A DNA stretch of 28,630 nt, from the NCBI GenBank assembly GCA_030427705.1, contig JAUIBR010000002.1:1-28630 (forward strand). The letters run 5' to 3'. The stretch's first letter is position 1, and each line of letters opens with the position of its first letter. This document shows positions 9,392-16,952 of this stretch, in pieces. The notes under the pieces are model-generated. The model was not told the origin of the DNA. It searched no databases and worked only from the letters and a program-made list of their open reading frames with translations. The translations under genes were made by a program, and so were the position numbers. The stretch comes from a bacterium (GTDB taxonomy: Bacteria; Myxococcota_A; Bradymonadia; Bradymonadales; Bradymonadaceae).

Positions 9392-12300
9392 TCAGCCAGA
9401 TTTGAAGATGAATGGGAACTTGATGATGACTTCGCCGCCTTTCGGACGTGGGAACTTCATCCCTTTGATGACGCCGCTCACGCACTTGGAGACTTGAGCG
9501 CTGCCCAGTGAGTTGCCTTTCTCTTTGACCGCACCCACACGCCCGTTGGTCTTCACAGTCCATTCGAATGTCAGCTTACCGCCCAACGACGGATTTTTGT
9601 TGAGCTCTTTCTCGTAGCACCGTTGGATCTTGCCCATCGAACCCTGGATAACCTCCCAGACTTGGGAGCGAGACAGCGTACCTTGGACTTTGGCGAGTGC
9701 TTTGACACCACGCGCCTTGCCGCGGACCTTGCCAGATTTCTCGCGCGCTTTGAGCTTCCCGGTGCCGCCATCGACAGAGCCACCGATGTCACCAATCTTG
9801 CTGCCACCTGGGTCGCGAGCAATGTTGACCTTGCCGCCTTCAAGCGCGCCCAACGTACCGGTGACGTTAAACGCTGCATTTGAAGCTCCTGGCTTCGCCA
9901 CTGCGTCGATATTCGTGACCACGTCTTTGATGGTTTTGCCCTCCCCTTTCTGCGGGGTGGTGAGGGCTGCCATCAGACGGTCGGCCTTGTCCTCGTTCTT
10001 TGTCGATTTGTTTCGAAGTCGCTTATCAAGCTGCTTTCGAACCGACTTAGGAATCTTCGCTTTAGCCTCGGTCGGGTCGACCGGTTTCTTTTCCGATAGC
10101 TTCTTTGGCTTCGGCTTTTTCTTCTTCGGCTTTGGCTTCGGCTTCGGCTTTTTCTTCTTAGGCTTATCGAGCTTGCCTTCGGCGAATACCTCGACCTCAT
10201 CAGGACGGTTGATGGTGAGATTCATACCAAGCTCGGCACTAAGCAGCGCGCCCAACATTCCGAGCCCATGGAGCACCAACGAGATAGCGAACGCGATGCC
10301 GTAAATCTTCAGTTCTTGGGGCGTGAGCAGTCGCTGATCACGCGATGGTGGCTGTGGAGGTCGGAAAAAGCGGACGTAATACTTCAGCCCATCTTCCTCG
10401 AATTCGACAGCATCTCCGGGCTTCATCGACAGCTTGTCACGGTCGCCCAGGTTTTCCTTCGGCGCATTTGCCAGGCGGACCCAGCCTTGTACGGGCTTTT
10501 TGAACTTCAAGGTCGCCGAACCACCACTCTTCGTTGCTGAGAACGACGAACCAGGTCGCTTGTAACGCCCGAGCCCCCGAATCACCGTGATGTCTAGCGG
10601 CGCATCGGCAGCGGTTCGAATGATCTCCAGCACCGGTTTGGTATTGGATTCTTTCGGCGCGAGTTCTGGAGGCTCCACGATAAGGTCGATCGGGAACGGT
10701 TCAAAGAACGGTTCCTCATCTTCGTCATCCTCGTCGAGCGGCAGAAACTCAGGCATGAATTTCTGGGGTTCCGGAGCGGGCGCTGCTTGCGCTGCTTGCG
10801 CAGGCGCAGGTTCCGGTTGTGGCGCAGGTGCGGGTTCTGCGGCGGCTGGAGGCTGCGTCTCCGCGAGCTCGTCCTCAAAGCCCGCAGGAACGTCCTCCGG
10901 TGTCTCCGGCATCGGTTGCGGTTTGTACGCTGCGTGCGTCACCGCGGGGTCTTCCCCAATCCCAAGCGCTTCTGGAACGTCTTCGAACATCGGATTGGGC
11001 GCGACATTGGTTTCAGCCCGATCCGCGTCTTCCATCCGAGTTTCCAAACTTGGAGTTCCGGTCGGTAGCGTCTGTGCGAGGTCTTCGTCTGCCCATTGAA
11101 GGTTGGGTACGTCATGAGGAAGTGTGGTCTCGGCTGGATTGCCAAGGGGCGCGGACGTCATGACCGTTTGGTCGTCGTCGCTACCCGCGGCTTCCATGAG
11201 CCGAGAAACCTCTGCTGCCGACGTTTGGACCGTCGGTTCCTCTGCAACCGGGTCGTCCCACATTCCGGCCAGCTTATCGGCGGCCGCACCAATCGGGGCG
11301 GCATCCCAGCCTTCTCCTACCGGATTAGGCTCGCCATCCAAGATGCCGAGCGCTGCATCAACGTCCTGCGCAAACTGGGCGACCATATTGCCGTCGATGC
11401 GATCTGTGTGGGACTCGGCAGTTTTAGGCGCGGTCTGTTGAGCCCGAAGCGCGGCAGCGTGATTTTGATTTGTTGCATCAACCGTCGCGTCGTTGATTTG
11501 GAACAACGACATCGCAACATCGCCAGCACCACTAAAGTCACCGGCGCGGGACTTCTGCTCTAGCGCTTTCCATCGCTCAAGCCGTTTCGGGAACAGCTGC
11601 GACATGATCCGCGGAACGCGTTCCAAAGCCTTGGATGGGTCGCTAGCGAGCTTTCGCAGCGCGACCGCCATGTGTTCAGCATTTTGGAAGCGATCGTCTG
11701 GACGGCGCTCCAGCGCGCGAAGAACGATGCTATCTAATCCTGGAGTTACCTTCGCGTTGTAGGCCGAAGGAGGCTGAATCGGTTGCTCACAAATCGCTTT
11801 TGCAACATCGCCACCTTCGAAAAGTCGACGCCCGGTCAACAGTTCCCAAAGGACCACAGCAAGCGAAAAGACGTCACTTCGCGGCTCAGCAGGACGACCC
11901 CGGACTTCCTCAGGAGACATGTAGGCGATGCGGTCGACCGCCATGGGCGCAACATTATTCAAGTGCGCCTGGCGTATACCCTTGGCGACTCCAAAATCCT
12001 GCAGGACAACGTTGCCCTCGTAACTAAGCGCGATCGTGTGAAAATCGATGCCACCGTGCACGACCTTGAGCGACCAACCGGCAGCGTTTTTCGCTGTATG
12101 GGCGTGGTGCAGGGCTTCGGCAGTGACCGTCGCGAGCGAGATTGCGAGAGGAATCGTCAGGGTTTCATAGCCCCGGCGACGCAGCTCGTCGAAGAAGTCG
12201 CGTAGGGTTTCGCGAGAGTTGATGTCCTTGATGAACCAGACAACGCCGCCCTCTTTGCCAGCGGCGAACGTCGTTTCAATGTTTGGATGCTTGAGCTGCA

Positions 12301-12493
12301 TTGCGAGCTGCAGCTCATAGTCGAGGACCGTATCGACGCCAGGAGCGCTGGCAACTTCGCGTGGAAACGACGTCGCGCGAACAATCGGCAACTGGTCGTA
12401 GTCTGGCTCTCGGTTTTTCCCAATCCATGTCTCGTGCAGACCGTCCTTGGTCAATTGCGCGAGCATGTCGAATTTGGTTAGGACCGTCGTCAT
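9392..12493 (-). CDS. inner-membrane protein with an N-terminal degenerate Ser/Thr protein kinase (pseudokinase) domain, one TM helix, a periplasmic Lys/Pro-rich linker and a C-terminal TonB-C-like domain
   Basis: The 1033-aa ORF has an ATG start that overlaps the upstream stop (ATGA). Residues ~8-285 have a PknB-like kinase fold (DFG, SPE, RSDVFSLAVVLWELLTG, RFQNAEHM), but the catalytic motifs are replaced (see findings). The region of residues 520-720 is an acidic/Pro-rich linker followed by a small beta-rich module. The TM helix is IYGIAFAISLVLHGLGMLGALLSAELG. The Lys/Pro linker is KPKKKKPKPKPKPKKKKPKPKK. The C-terminal ~95 aa is basic and beta-rich, ending in ..GEVIIKFPFIFKSG, typical of TonB/TolA C-terminal domains. 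Confidence 0.85.
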   Translation of the reverse strand: MTTVLTKFDMLAQLTKDGLHETWIGKNREPDYDQLPIVRATSFPREVASAPGVDTVLDYELQLAMQLKHPNIETTFAAGKEGGVVWFIKDINSRETLRDFFDELRRRGYETLTIPLAISLATVTAEALHHAHTAKNAAGWSLKVVHGGIDFHTIALSYEGNVVLQDFGVAKGIRQAHLNNVAPMAVDRIAYMSPEEVRGRPAEPRSDVFSLAVVLWELLTGRRLFEGGDVAKAICEQPIQPPSAYNAKVTPGLDSIVLRALERRPDDRFQNAEHMAVALRKLASDPSKALERVPRIMSQLFPKRLERWKALEQKSRAGDFSGAGDVAMSLFQINDATVDATNQNHAAALRAQQTAPKTAESHTDRIDGNMVAQFAQDVDAALGILDGEPNPVGEGWDAAPIGAAADKLAGMWDDPVAEEPTVQTSAAEVSRLMEAAGSDDDQTVMTSAPLGNPAETTLPHDVPNLQWADEDLAQTLPTGTPSLETRMEDADRAETNVAPNPMFEDVPEALGIGEDPAVTHAAYKPQPMPETPEDVPAGFEDELAETQPPAAAEPAPAPQPEPAPAQAAQAAPAPEPQKFMPEFLPLDEDDEDEEPFFEPFPIDLIVEPPELAPKESNTKPVLEIIRTAADAPLDITVIRGLGRYKRPGSSFSATKSGGSATLKFKKPVQGWVRLANAPKENLGDRDKLSMKPGDAVEFEEDGLKYYVRFFRPPQPPSRDQRLLTPQELKIYGIAFAISLVLHGLGMLGALLSAELGMNLTINRPDEVEVFAEGKLDKPKKKKPKPKPKPKKKKPKPKKLSEKKPVDPTEAKAKIPKSVRKQLDKRLRNKSTKNEDKADRLMAALTTPQKGEGKTIKDVVTNIDAVAKPGASNAAFNVTGTLGALEGGKVNIARDPGGSKIGDIGGSVDGGTGKLKAREKSGKVRGKARGVKALAKVQGTLSRSQVWEVIQGSMGKIQRCYEKELNKNPSLGGKLTFEWTVKTNGRVGAVKEKGNSLGSAQVSKCVSGVIKGMKFPRPKGGEVIIKFPFIFKSG
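9395..9676 (-). other. TonB-C-like C-terminal domain
   Basis: The C-terminal ~94 aa follow the proline/lysine-rich spacer and are periplasmic by topology. Composition and length resemble TonB_C/TolA_C. An HMM search is needed to confirm. Confidence 0.5.
10226..10306 (-). other. single transmembrane helix of the 1033-aa protein
   Basis: Reverse-complement translation gives LKIYGIAFAISLVLHGLGMLGALL. It is followed by the KP-repeat linker encoded at ~10094..10168. Confidence 0.7.
11639..12472 (-). other. kinase-like (predicted pseudokinase) domain of the 1033-aa protein
   Basis: The catalytic-loop segment VVHGGIDFHTIAL is encoded at 12026..12064 (checked by reverse-complement translation). It takes the place of the canonical I-V-H-R-D-x-K-x-x-N. 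Confidence 0.7.
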
Positions 12494-13005
12494 TCCTTCT
12501 TACCCTTCAACTTCTTCGATTCGCCTTCCTTCTGGATCTCCTTCTCTGCTTCGACTTTCGTTTTCTCGAATTGTTCCACTTGTTCTCGGCCGAGCACGTT
12601 TCGAACCGTCAGTGAAAGGTAGCTGTCGCGCTTCTTTACCATGGATGGCAGTGGTCGAGGCGCACGTTGAAAAAGGAAGACTGCGCCGGATCCTGCGGTC
12701 TCACCGCGAATCAAGCGACCATCGAACTCCATCCGGTTTCCGCGTTGGAGTGTGGCTGCTTCGACTTGTTCGCCCGCTTCTTCTTCGCCCTCTTCGCCTT
12801 CCTCGCCTTCTTCACCCTCTTCCTCATCTTCCTCGTCTTCCTTGTCCTTCTTCTTTTTCTTCTTTTTGGACTGAGCGAGGATGATTTGATCGCCTGATCC
12901 ATCAAGGATCTTTAGACCGCTATCTTGCGCCGATGCATTGGTCGAAAATGTGACCAATGAGAGCGCGATGAGTACGAGTAAGATGTGCTTTGCCATGGGG
13001 CTCAC
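12490..13005 (-). CDS. secreted protein with a poly-Lys / (Glu-Glu-Gly)n low-complexity segment
   Basis: The signal peptide is MSPMAKHILLVLIALSLVTFSTNASA/QD. The start may be the GTG at 13005 or the ATG at 12996. The low-complexity run is KKKKKKKDKEDEEDEEEGEEGEEGEEGEEE. There are 4-nt overlaps with both neighbours. Confidence 0.6.
   Translation of the reverse strand: MSPMAKHILLVLIALSLVTFSTNASAQDSGLKILDGSGDQIILAQSKKKKKKKDKEDEEDEEEGEEGEEGEEGEEEAGEQVEAATLQRGNRMEFDGRLIRGETAGSGAVFLFQRAPRPLPSMVKKRDSYLSLTVRNVLGREQVEQFEKTKVEAEKEIQKEGESKKLKGKKE
12766..12870 (-). repeat. coding low-complexity repeat (poly-K then (EEG)n) within the secreted protein gene
   Basis: It is visible in the DNA as ..cttcttcgccctcttcgccttcctcgccttcttcaccctcttcc..cttctttttcttctttttgg. 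This is coding sequence, not a CRISPR or SSR locus. Confidence 0.6.
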
Positions 13006-13484
13006 TTCTTCATGATCGCAAGGCGATACTTGTCAAAACCTGCCATACTGGCAGACCGCATAACGAGATACAGCGTCTGGTAATCCAAGCCTTTGTCAGC
13101 CTGAATCAAGACGATTGCCGGATCTTCTTCGTTTTCGGGGTCTTCGATGGCGAGAATCCGCTCACGCTCTTCCTTGAGCAGCTCAACGACCTCGGGAATC
13201 TCGCCGTCGGAATAATACTGTTCGTCGAATTTGCCGCGATTGAGCGTCATGACCTTCTTGCCATCGAGCTTTAAATCAACTGGCGTAATCGCCAGGTTGA
13301 CCGCCGGCTTCAGGACCGATTGCGCTGATGACTCAGGAAGTTTGAGGTCTGAATCGAGTTTGAACTCGTAATCTTCAGCCTCGAAGCTGACGATGAGGAA
13401 AATCAGGATGATGGTGAACATGTCCAGAAGGGACGTCAGCATCAGGCCTGCAGGCTTCTTCTCTCTGGCGAAGCGACTGTTCAC
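13002..13484 (-). CDS. exbD: ExbD/TolR family biopolymer-transport (proton-motive-force stator) protein
   Basis: At 160 aa it has a short cytoplasmic N-terminus. The TM segment LMLTSLLDMFTIILIFLIV contains the conserved protonatable Asp (aa 21, codon 13422..13424). A periplasmic domain follows. It has a GTG start and 4-nt overlaps on both sides. Confidence 0.85.
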   Translation of the reverse strand: MNSRFAREKKPAGLMLTSLLDMFTIILIFLIVSFEAEDYEFKLDSDLKLPESSAQSVLKPAVNLAITPVDLKLDGKKVMTLNRGKFDEQYYSDGEIPEVVELLKEERERILAIEDPENEEDPAIVLIQADKGLDYQTLYLVMRSASMAGFDKYRLAIMKK

Positions 13485-14101
13485 TCTTCGCCTCCTTCAT
13501 CCATCTCCATCTCTTCTTCGCCGCCAGCTTCACCTTCGCCCTCAGGGTCTTCGCCCTCATTGATGGGGTTCTCGGTGATCTTGCGACTAAAGATGGTCAC
13601 AGGGAAAAGGTCTTCGCGGACGTCTTCACCATCTTTGTCTTTGCCCGTCACATGGTTACGCGTGTGGTCGAGAATCTCGACCAGGTCTTGGTATCCAAGC
13701 TTTTCATGGGGCAATACGGTGATGGTGTTTGACTCGGGATACTGTCCTTTGATGTCCAAGAGCGCCGCTTGCACGTCTTTTACGGGGTACTTCCCGGCCT
13801 TCTTACCCCACTCGCCAGAGAGTGCCGTAAGTTGCTCTTCGCTCAAACTCACACTCGCTGCCGAAATCGCAATCGTATCCACATCGATTTCCATGTTCAC
13901 AGCCACCGTGGTCGGCGTCTTGGGAACATCGGAGTCCGATGGACTCAACGTAGGCGTCGAGGTCGGAATCACGCCGATATGGAAGAAGGTCGCGCCCAAC
14001 AGAAGGAACGGAATCAAGACCATGAACAGGTTCATGACCGGGACCACGTTCAAGTCTGCAGCGGCCTCATCGGCGGCAGATTTGAATCGACTAAAAGCCA
14101 C
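13481..14101 (-). CDS. ExbD/TolR-like paralog with Asn in place of the conserved TM Asp and an acidic C-terminal tail
   Basis: It is 206 aa. The TM segment DLNVVPVMNLFMVLIPFLL aligns to ExbD ..NVTPFIDVMLVLLIIF.. with Asn24 (codon 14030..14032, checked) at the Asp position. The C-terminus is EGEDPEGEGEAGGEEEMEMDEGGEE. Confidence 0.8.
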   Translation of the reverse strand: MAFSRFKSAADEAAADLNVVPVMNLFMVLIPFLLLGATFFHIGVIPTSTPTLSPSDSDVPKTPTTVAVNMEIDVDTIAISAASVSLSEEQLTALSGEWGKKAGKYPVKDVQAALLDIKGQYPESNTITVLPHEKLGYQDLVEILDHTRNHVTGKDKDGEDVREDLFPVTIFSRKITENPINEGEDPEGEGEAGGEEEMEMDEGGEE

Positions 14102-14111
14102 GAGTTACGTC

Positions 14112-14837
14112 CTAGCGTTGGGCTCGACCATCTGTGCCCGAGTCGCCTCGAACACCAGCGATTGCTACTAGAACCGAACTTGCGCCGCCTTCCATTTCCA
14201 ACAAGATCGTTTCGACCCGTTTGGAAAGAAGGTGGTGGAAAAGCAAGAGCGGAACAGCAACGGAAATCCCGAAAGCCGTCGTGTACATAGCTTGGGAGAT
14301 ACCGTCGGCAAGTGCTGCCTGTCGTTCCGCGGCGGACGCGGCGGCCACACTCGAGAACGCGGCAATCAGACCGAAAATCGTACCCAACAGCCCGAGCAGC
14401 GTCGCGATATTGGCCATCACGGCCATGATCGCCACTCGCTTCTGGAGCTGAGGGATGGCGGCCAGCATCTCGTTCTCCATCGCACGCTCGATCTCTTTCT
14501 CGCGGCGGTTGGAACGAAGAAGGCCGGCCTTAATCACGGCAACCAACGGATGCTTTGAGCTGGCCTCAGTTGCATCGATGGCTTCCCGGAATCGCCGGTT
14601 TTCGACCTGGCTGACGACCCGTGCAACGAAGTTTCGCGCATTGAGCCGCCGTAGCAGGTAAAGGTTAAAGGCGCGTTCTAGGAACATCGCCACCCCGATC
14701 ATCGAGACGATCAGGATGACGTACATCATCCAACCGCCCTTATCGAGGTACTCCAGCAGAACGTTACCGCCCCCAGCCTCTTCCGCAGCAGCTTGTGCGA
14801 GAATTGGCGTCACAAAACTTTGAATCGTCGGAAGCAT
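14112..14837 (-). CDS. exbB: ExbB/TolQ/MotA family proton-channel protein
   Basis: It is 241 aa with three predicted TM helices (..WMMYVILIVSMIGVAMFLE.., ..AIMAVMANIATLLGLLGTIFGLIAAF.., ..AMYTTAFGISVAVPLLLF..). It lies immediately upstream of the two exbD-like genes. Confidence 0.85.
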   Translation of the reverse strand: MLPTIQSFVTPILAQAAAEEAGGGNVLLEYLDKGGWMMYVILIVSMIGVAMFLERAFNLYLLRRLNARNFVARVVSQVENRRFREAIDATEASSKHPLVAVIKAGLLRSNRREKEIERAMENEMLAAIPQLQKRVAIMAVMANIATLLGLLGTIFGLIAAFSSVAAASAAERQAALADGISQAMYTTAFGISVAVPLLLFHHLLSKRVETILLEMEGGASSVLVAIAGVRGDSGTDGRAQR

Positions 14838-14901
14838 CTTCTTCCCAAGTTTCGAAAAACGACTGATTTATGGTGTTTCTTTGCTCGGGAAAGGTACCAC
14901 G

Positions 14902-14964
14902 TGTTTGAAAACTCGCGCAAGTTCACACACGCCTTAAACCACCCGAGGATCTGCGTTTTCAAAC
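14902..14964. promoter_or_regulatory. 10-bp inverted repeat pair GTTTGAAAAC..(~42 nt)..GTTTTCAAAC in the 145-bp leader/promoter region upstream of exbB
   Basis: It was read directly (..cgtGTTTGAAAACtcgcg....tgcGTTTTCAAACgaag..). Coordinates are approximate. It lies in the only sizeable intergenic gap inside the minus-strand operon. Confidence 0.3.
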
Positions 14965-14981
14965 GAAGAGATTTCGCCGAG

Positions 14982-16952
14982 CTAGAGCCCGGAATCTGGC
15001 GAAATCACAGGCCGAACGTACTCTGAGTCTTCGATCAGGATGATCGCGTCGTCTGGAATTCGACGATTGGGTGGCAGATATTGAATCTGCAACTGCGCCA
15101 TTCGGAACGGTCCCGGAGCCAACGGTCGACCTTCTGGCCCCTGCGCAAAGAACAACAACACATTGTTGATTCCTGGATTATCGGGGTCGTCATCCAACGC
15201 AATCGTCGGCATCAACTGAATGTTCCGAATCGTGTATTGAAGGCACTGGCGGTCCCGGAAAACCACGCGGATCGACTCGGTGTCGTCGGCGATTGGGAGG
15301 TTATTGGGGTCAACGCGCACCCGAATGTACTTGCCTTCCTCACGCTGAATAGCCGCGAATGACGAAGACGTCAGGCGGAACTCTCCTCCCGATGAAACCG
15401 GAACCGGCCGTCCTGGATCTGGGTCGTTCGAGTCCTGCCAAGCAAGGGTGCGATTTGCTGCATTCCAACGCAGCGTCCCAATACCTGCCGTCGTCCCATC
15501 GCTGATTTCGGTCACGATCACGCCCGTGATGCGCTCAGGATCGCTAGCGAAGAGTTCACGCGAAAATCCTTCATCAACAACGTCGTAGCGATAGCCGAAC
15601 GATAGGTGAGCTCTCGTATCTGTGGATCGTGGGTCACTATGCTGAAGCAGCTCGTCGCCGTTGTTCACCCCGTCACCATCGGTGTCATTCTCAGCGTCGC
15701 GGTTCAGGTAATCCGTGCCCGAGAGCACCTCCAATGGGTCAGGCATGCCATCACCATCGGTATCCACCAGAGTGGGCTCCGTGCCTAGCAGCGCTTCATC
15801 ACAATTGGTGAGGGTATCGAGGTCCTCATCGGCACCGGGAATCATATTCTGACATGCGGTTGGGAATGGGTCTTCAGGCACAAGCGGATCCAGCCCGGCG
15901 AAGGACTCCACACGGTCCGAGATACCATCAAAATCGGTGTCTCGGTTCCCCGGCGAGGTGCCCAGCGATTCTTCTTCAGCATCCGACAGGCCGTCCGCAT
16001 CTGAATCGATGACAGGTCCGTCGGGGCCTGGCTTCGCGTTCAGGTTTGCCGCCAAGAGCAACTTCGCATTCAAGACCGTACGTAGGCCGAGCAAATCGAA
16101 CGCACTGGCCGATACCCCGTCGATATTATTGTAGCGCTGGTACACGCCACCGCCCGCGAACGCCATCTGTTCAAGCGCCGCTTGTTCGGAGTCGTTGATC
16201 GCCAGATTCGGCGCGACCTCAGCGGCGAAGTGGATGGGGTGGTAGCGCAATCCTGCAGCTCCCTGCTCCACGACCGTCTCACGTAGATCGGTGATCTCTT
16301 CAACACTCAAGGCCAGGTTACATGCGGCGCTCGGGCCCATGTTGGCGTCCTGACACTGTGTATCGTCAGGCAAGCAACACTCGGCGCCATCGGCGAGCGG
16401 TTCATGCTGGCCCGCGTTGACGTGAATGATGATGTATTGCGTTAGGACGCGCAGACCTGCCGGCGTGTTGGCGATATCGCCTTCGATCAATGCCCGCGCC
16501 GTGCGAAGCGCTTCCCGATAATCCCGACATTGTCCAACGCCAGCGCAGGTTTGCGGCAGTGACGTCGCCGTTACCGCGGCGAAGAGCTCGCCCGGGTTGC
16601 GGGTGAAGTTGCCTTCCTGGGGCGCCAATTTTCGAGGAATGCCGCCATAGCCAATGACGGCCATCTCGGTCTGGTCGCCATTGAGCGCCTTTTGAACGAA
16701 ATCGTTCATGTAGATGACGCGCTGGCTCGCAGCATCAAAGCTTGAGAACAGGGGTCCAGGTGCCTGGTCTACCAAGAGGACAATCTTGATCGGGAACTCC
16801 GCCTCAAACGGGTCCTCGGAACACGCGCGCCCACTCATCGCGAGGCGGCTTGCCTCTTTCTTCGGCTTTGCCGGGCTGTACAAACTGGTGTCGGTGCAGC
16901 TGATGCCCATCAGCGCAGCCAAAAAGACCGCGATTAGCGCTTTGACGTTCAC
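14982..16952 (-). CDS. lipoprotein with thrombospondin type-3-like Ca-binding repeats
   Basis: It has a GTG start. The signal peptide with lipobox is MNVKALIAVFLAALMGISCTD. Four D-x-D-x-D-G-x-x-D-x-x-E motifs are present (DSDADGLSDAEE, DTDFDGISDRVE, DTDGDGMPDPLE, DTDGDGVNNGDE). Its stop overlaps the upstream lipoprotein gene. Confidence 0.8.
   Translation of the reverse strand: MNVKALIAVFLAALMGISCTDTSLYSPAKPKKEASRLAMSGRACSEDPFEAEFPIKIVLLVDQAPGPLFSSFDAASQRVIYMNDFVQKALNGDQTEMAVIGYGGIPRKLAPQEGNFTRNPGELFAAVTATSLPQTCAGVGQCRDYREALRTARALIEGDIANTPAGLRVLTQYIIIHVNAGQHEPLADGAECCLPDDTQCQDANMGPSAACNLALSVEEITDLRETVVEQGAAGLRYHPIHFAAEVAPNLAINDSEQAALEQMAFAGGGVYQRYNNIDGVSASAFDLLGLRTVLNAKLLLAANLNAKPGPDGPVIDSDADGLSDAEEESLGTSPGNRDTDFDGISDRVESFAGLDPLVPEDPFPTACQNMIPGADEDLDTLTNCDEALLGTEPTLVDTDGDGMPDPLEVLSGTDYLNRDAENDTDGDGVNNGDELLQHSDPRSTDTRAHLSFGYRYDVVDEGFSRELFASDPERITGVIVTEISDGTTAGIGTLRWNAANRTLAWQDSNDPDPGRPVPVSSGGEFRLTSSSFAAIQREEGKYIRVRVDPNNLPIADDTESIRVVFRDRQCLQYTIRNIQLMPTIALDDDPDNPGINNVLLFFAQGPEGRPLAPGPFRMAQLQIQYLPPNRRIPDDAIILIEDSEYVRPVISPDSGL
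15633..16010 (-). repeat. coding region of the four TSP3-like calcium-binding repeats
   Basis: Coordinates come from residue numbering (aa ~315-440). Confidence 0.55.

Noticed and set aside
10094-10168. Tandem ggcttcggctt.. repeats that superficially look like a short tandem-repeat or CRISPR-like locus
   Set aside because: They encode the (KP)n periplasmic linker of the TonB-like protein in frame. There are no spacers and no repeat-spacer periodicity.
10587-11163. Ser/Gly/Ala-rich 170-aa and 114-aa ORFs on the + strand
   Set aside because: They lie antisense to the Pro/Ala/Glu-rich linker of the pseudokinase gene. Their low-complexity composition mirrors that of the sense strand. They have no RBS and no features, so they are shadow ORFs.
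11096-12205. Several 100-155-aa + strand ORFs inside the pseudokinase gene (11096..11563, 11783..12205)
   Set aside because: The opposite strand encodes a continuous 1033-aa protein with recognisable kinase-fold motifs across this span. These are antisense shadow ORFs.
14793-15026. 77-aa + strand ORF spanning the exbB leader
   Set aside because: It crosses the intergenic leader and the 3' end of the TSP3 lipoprotein gene. It has no RBS and an atypical composition, so it is probably non-coding.
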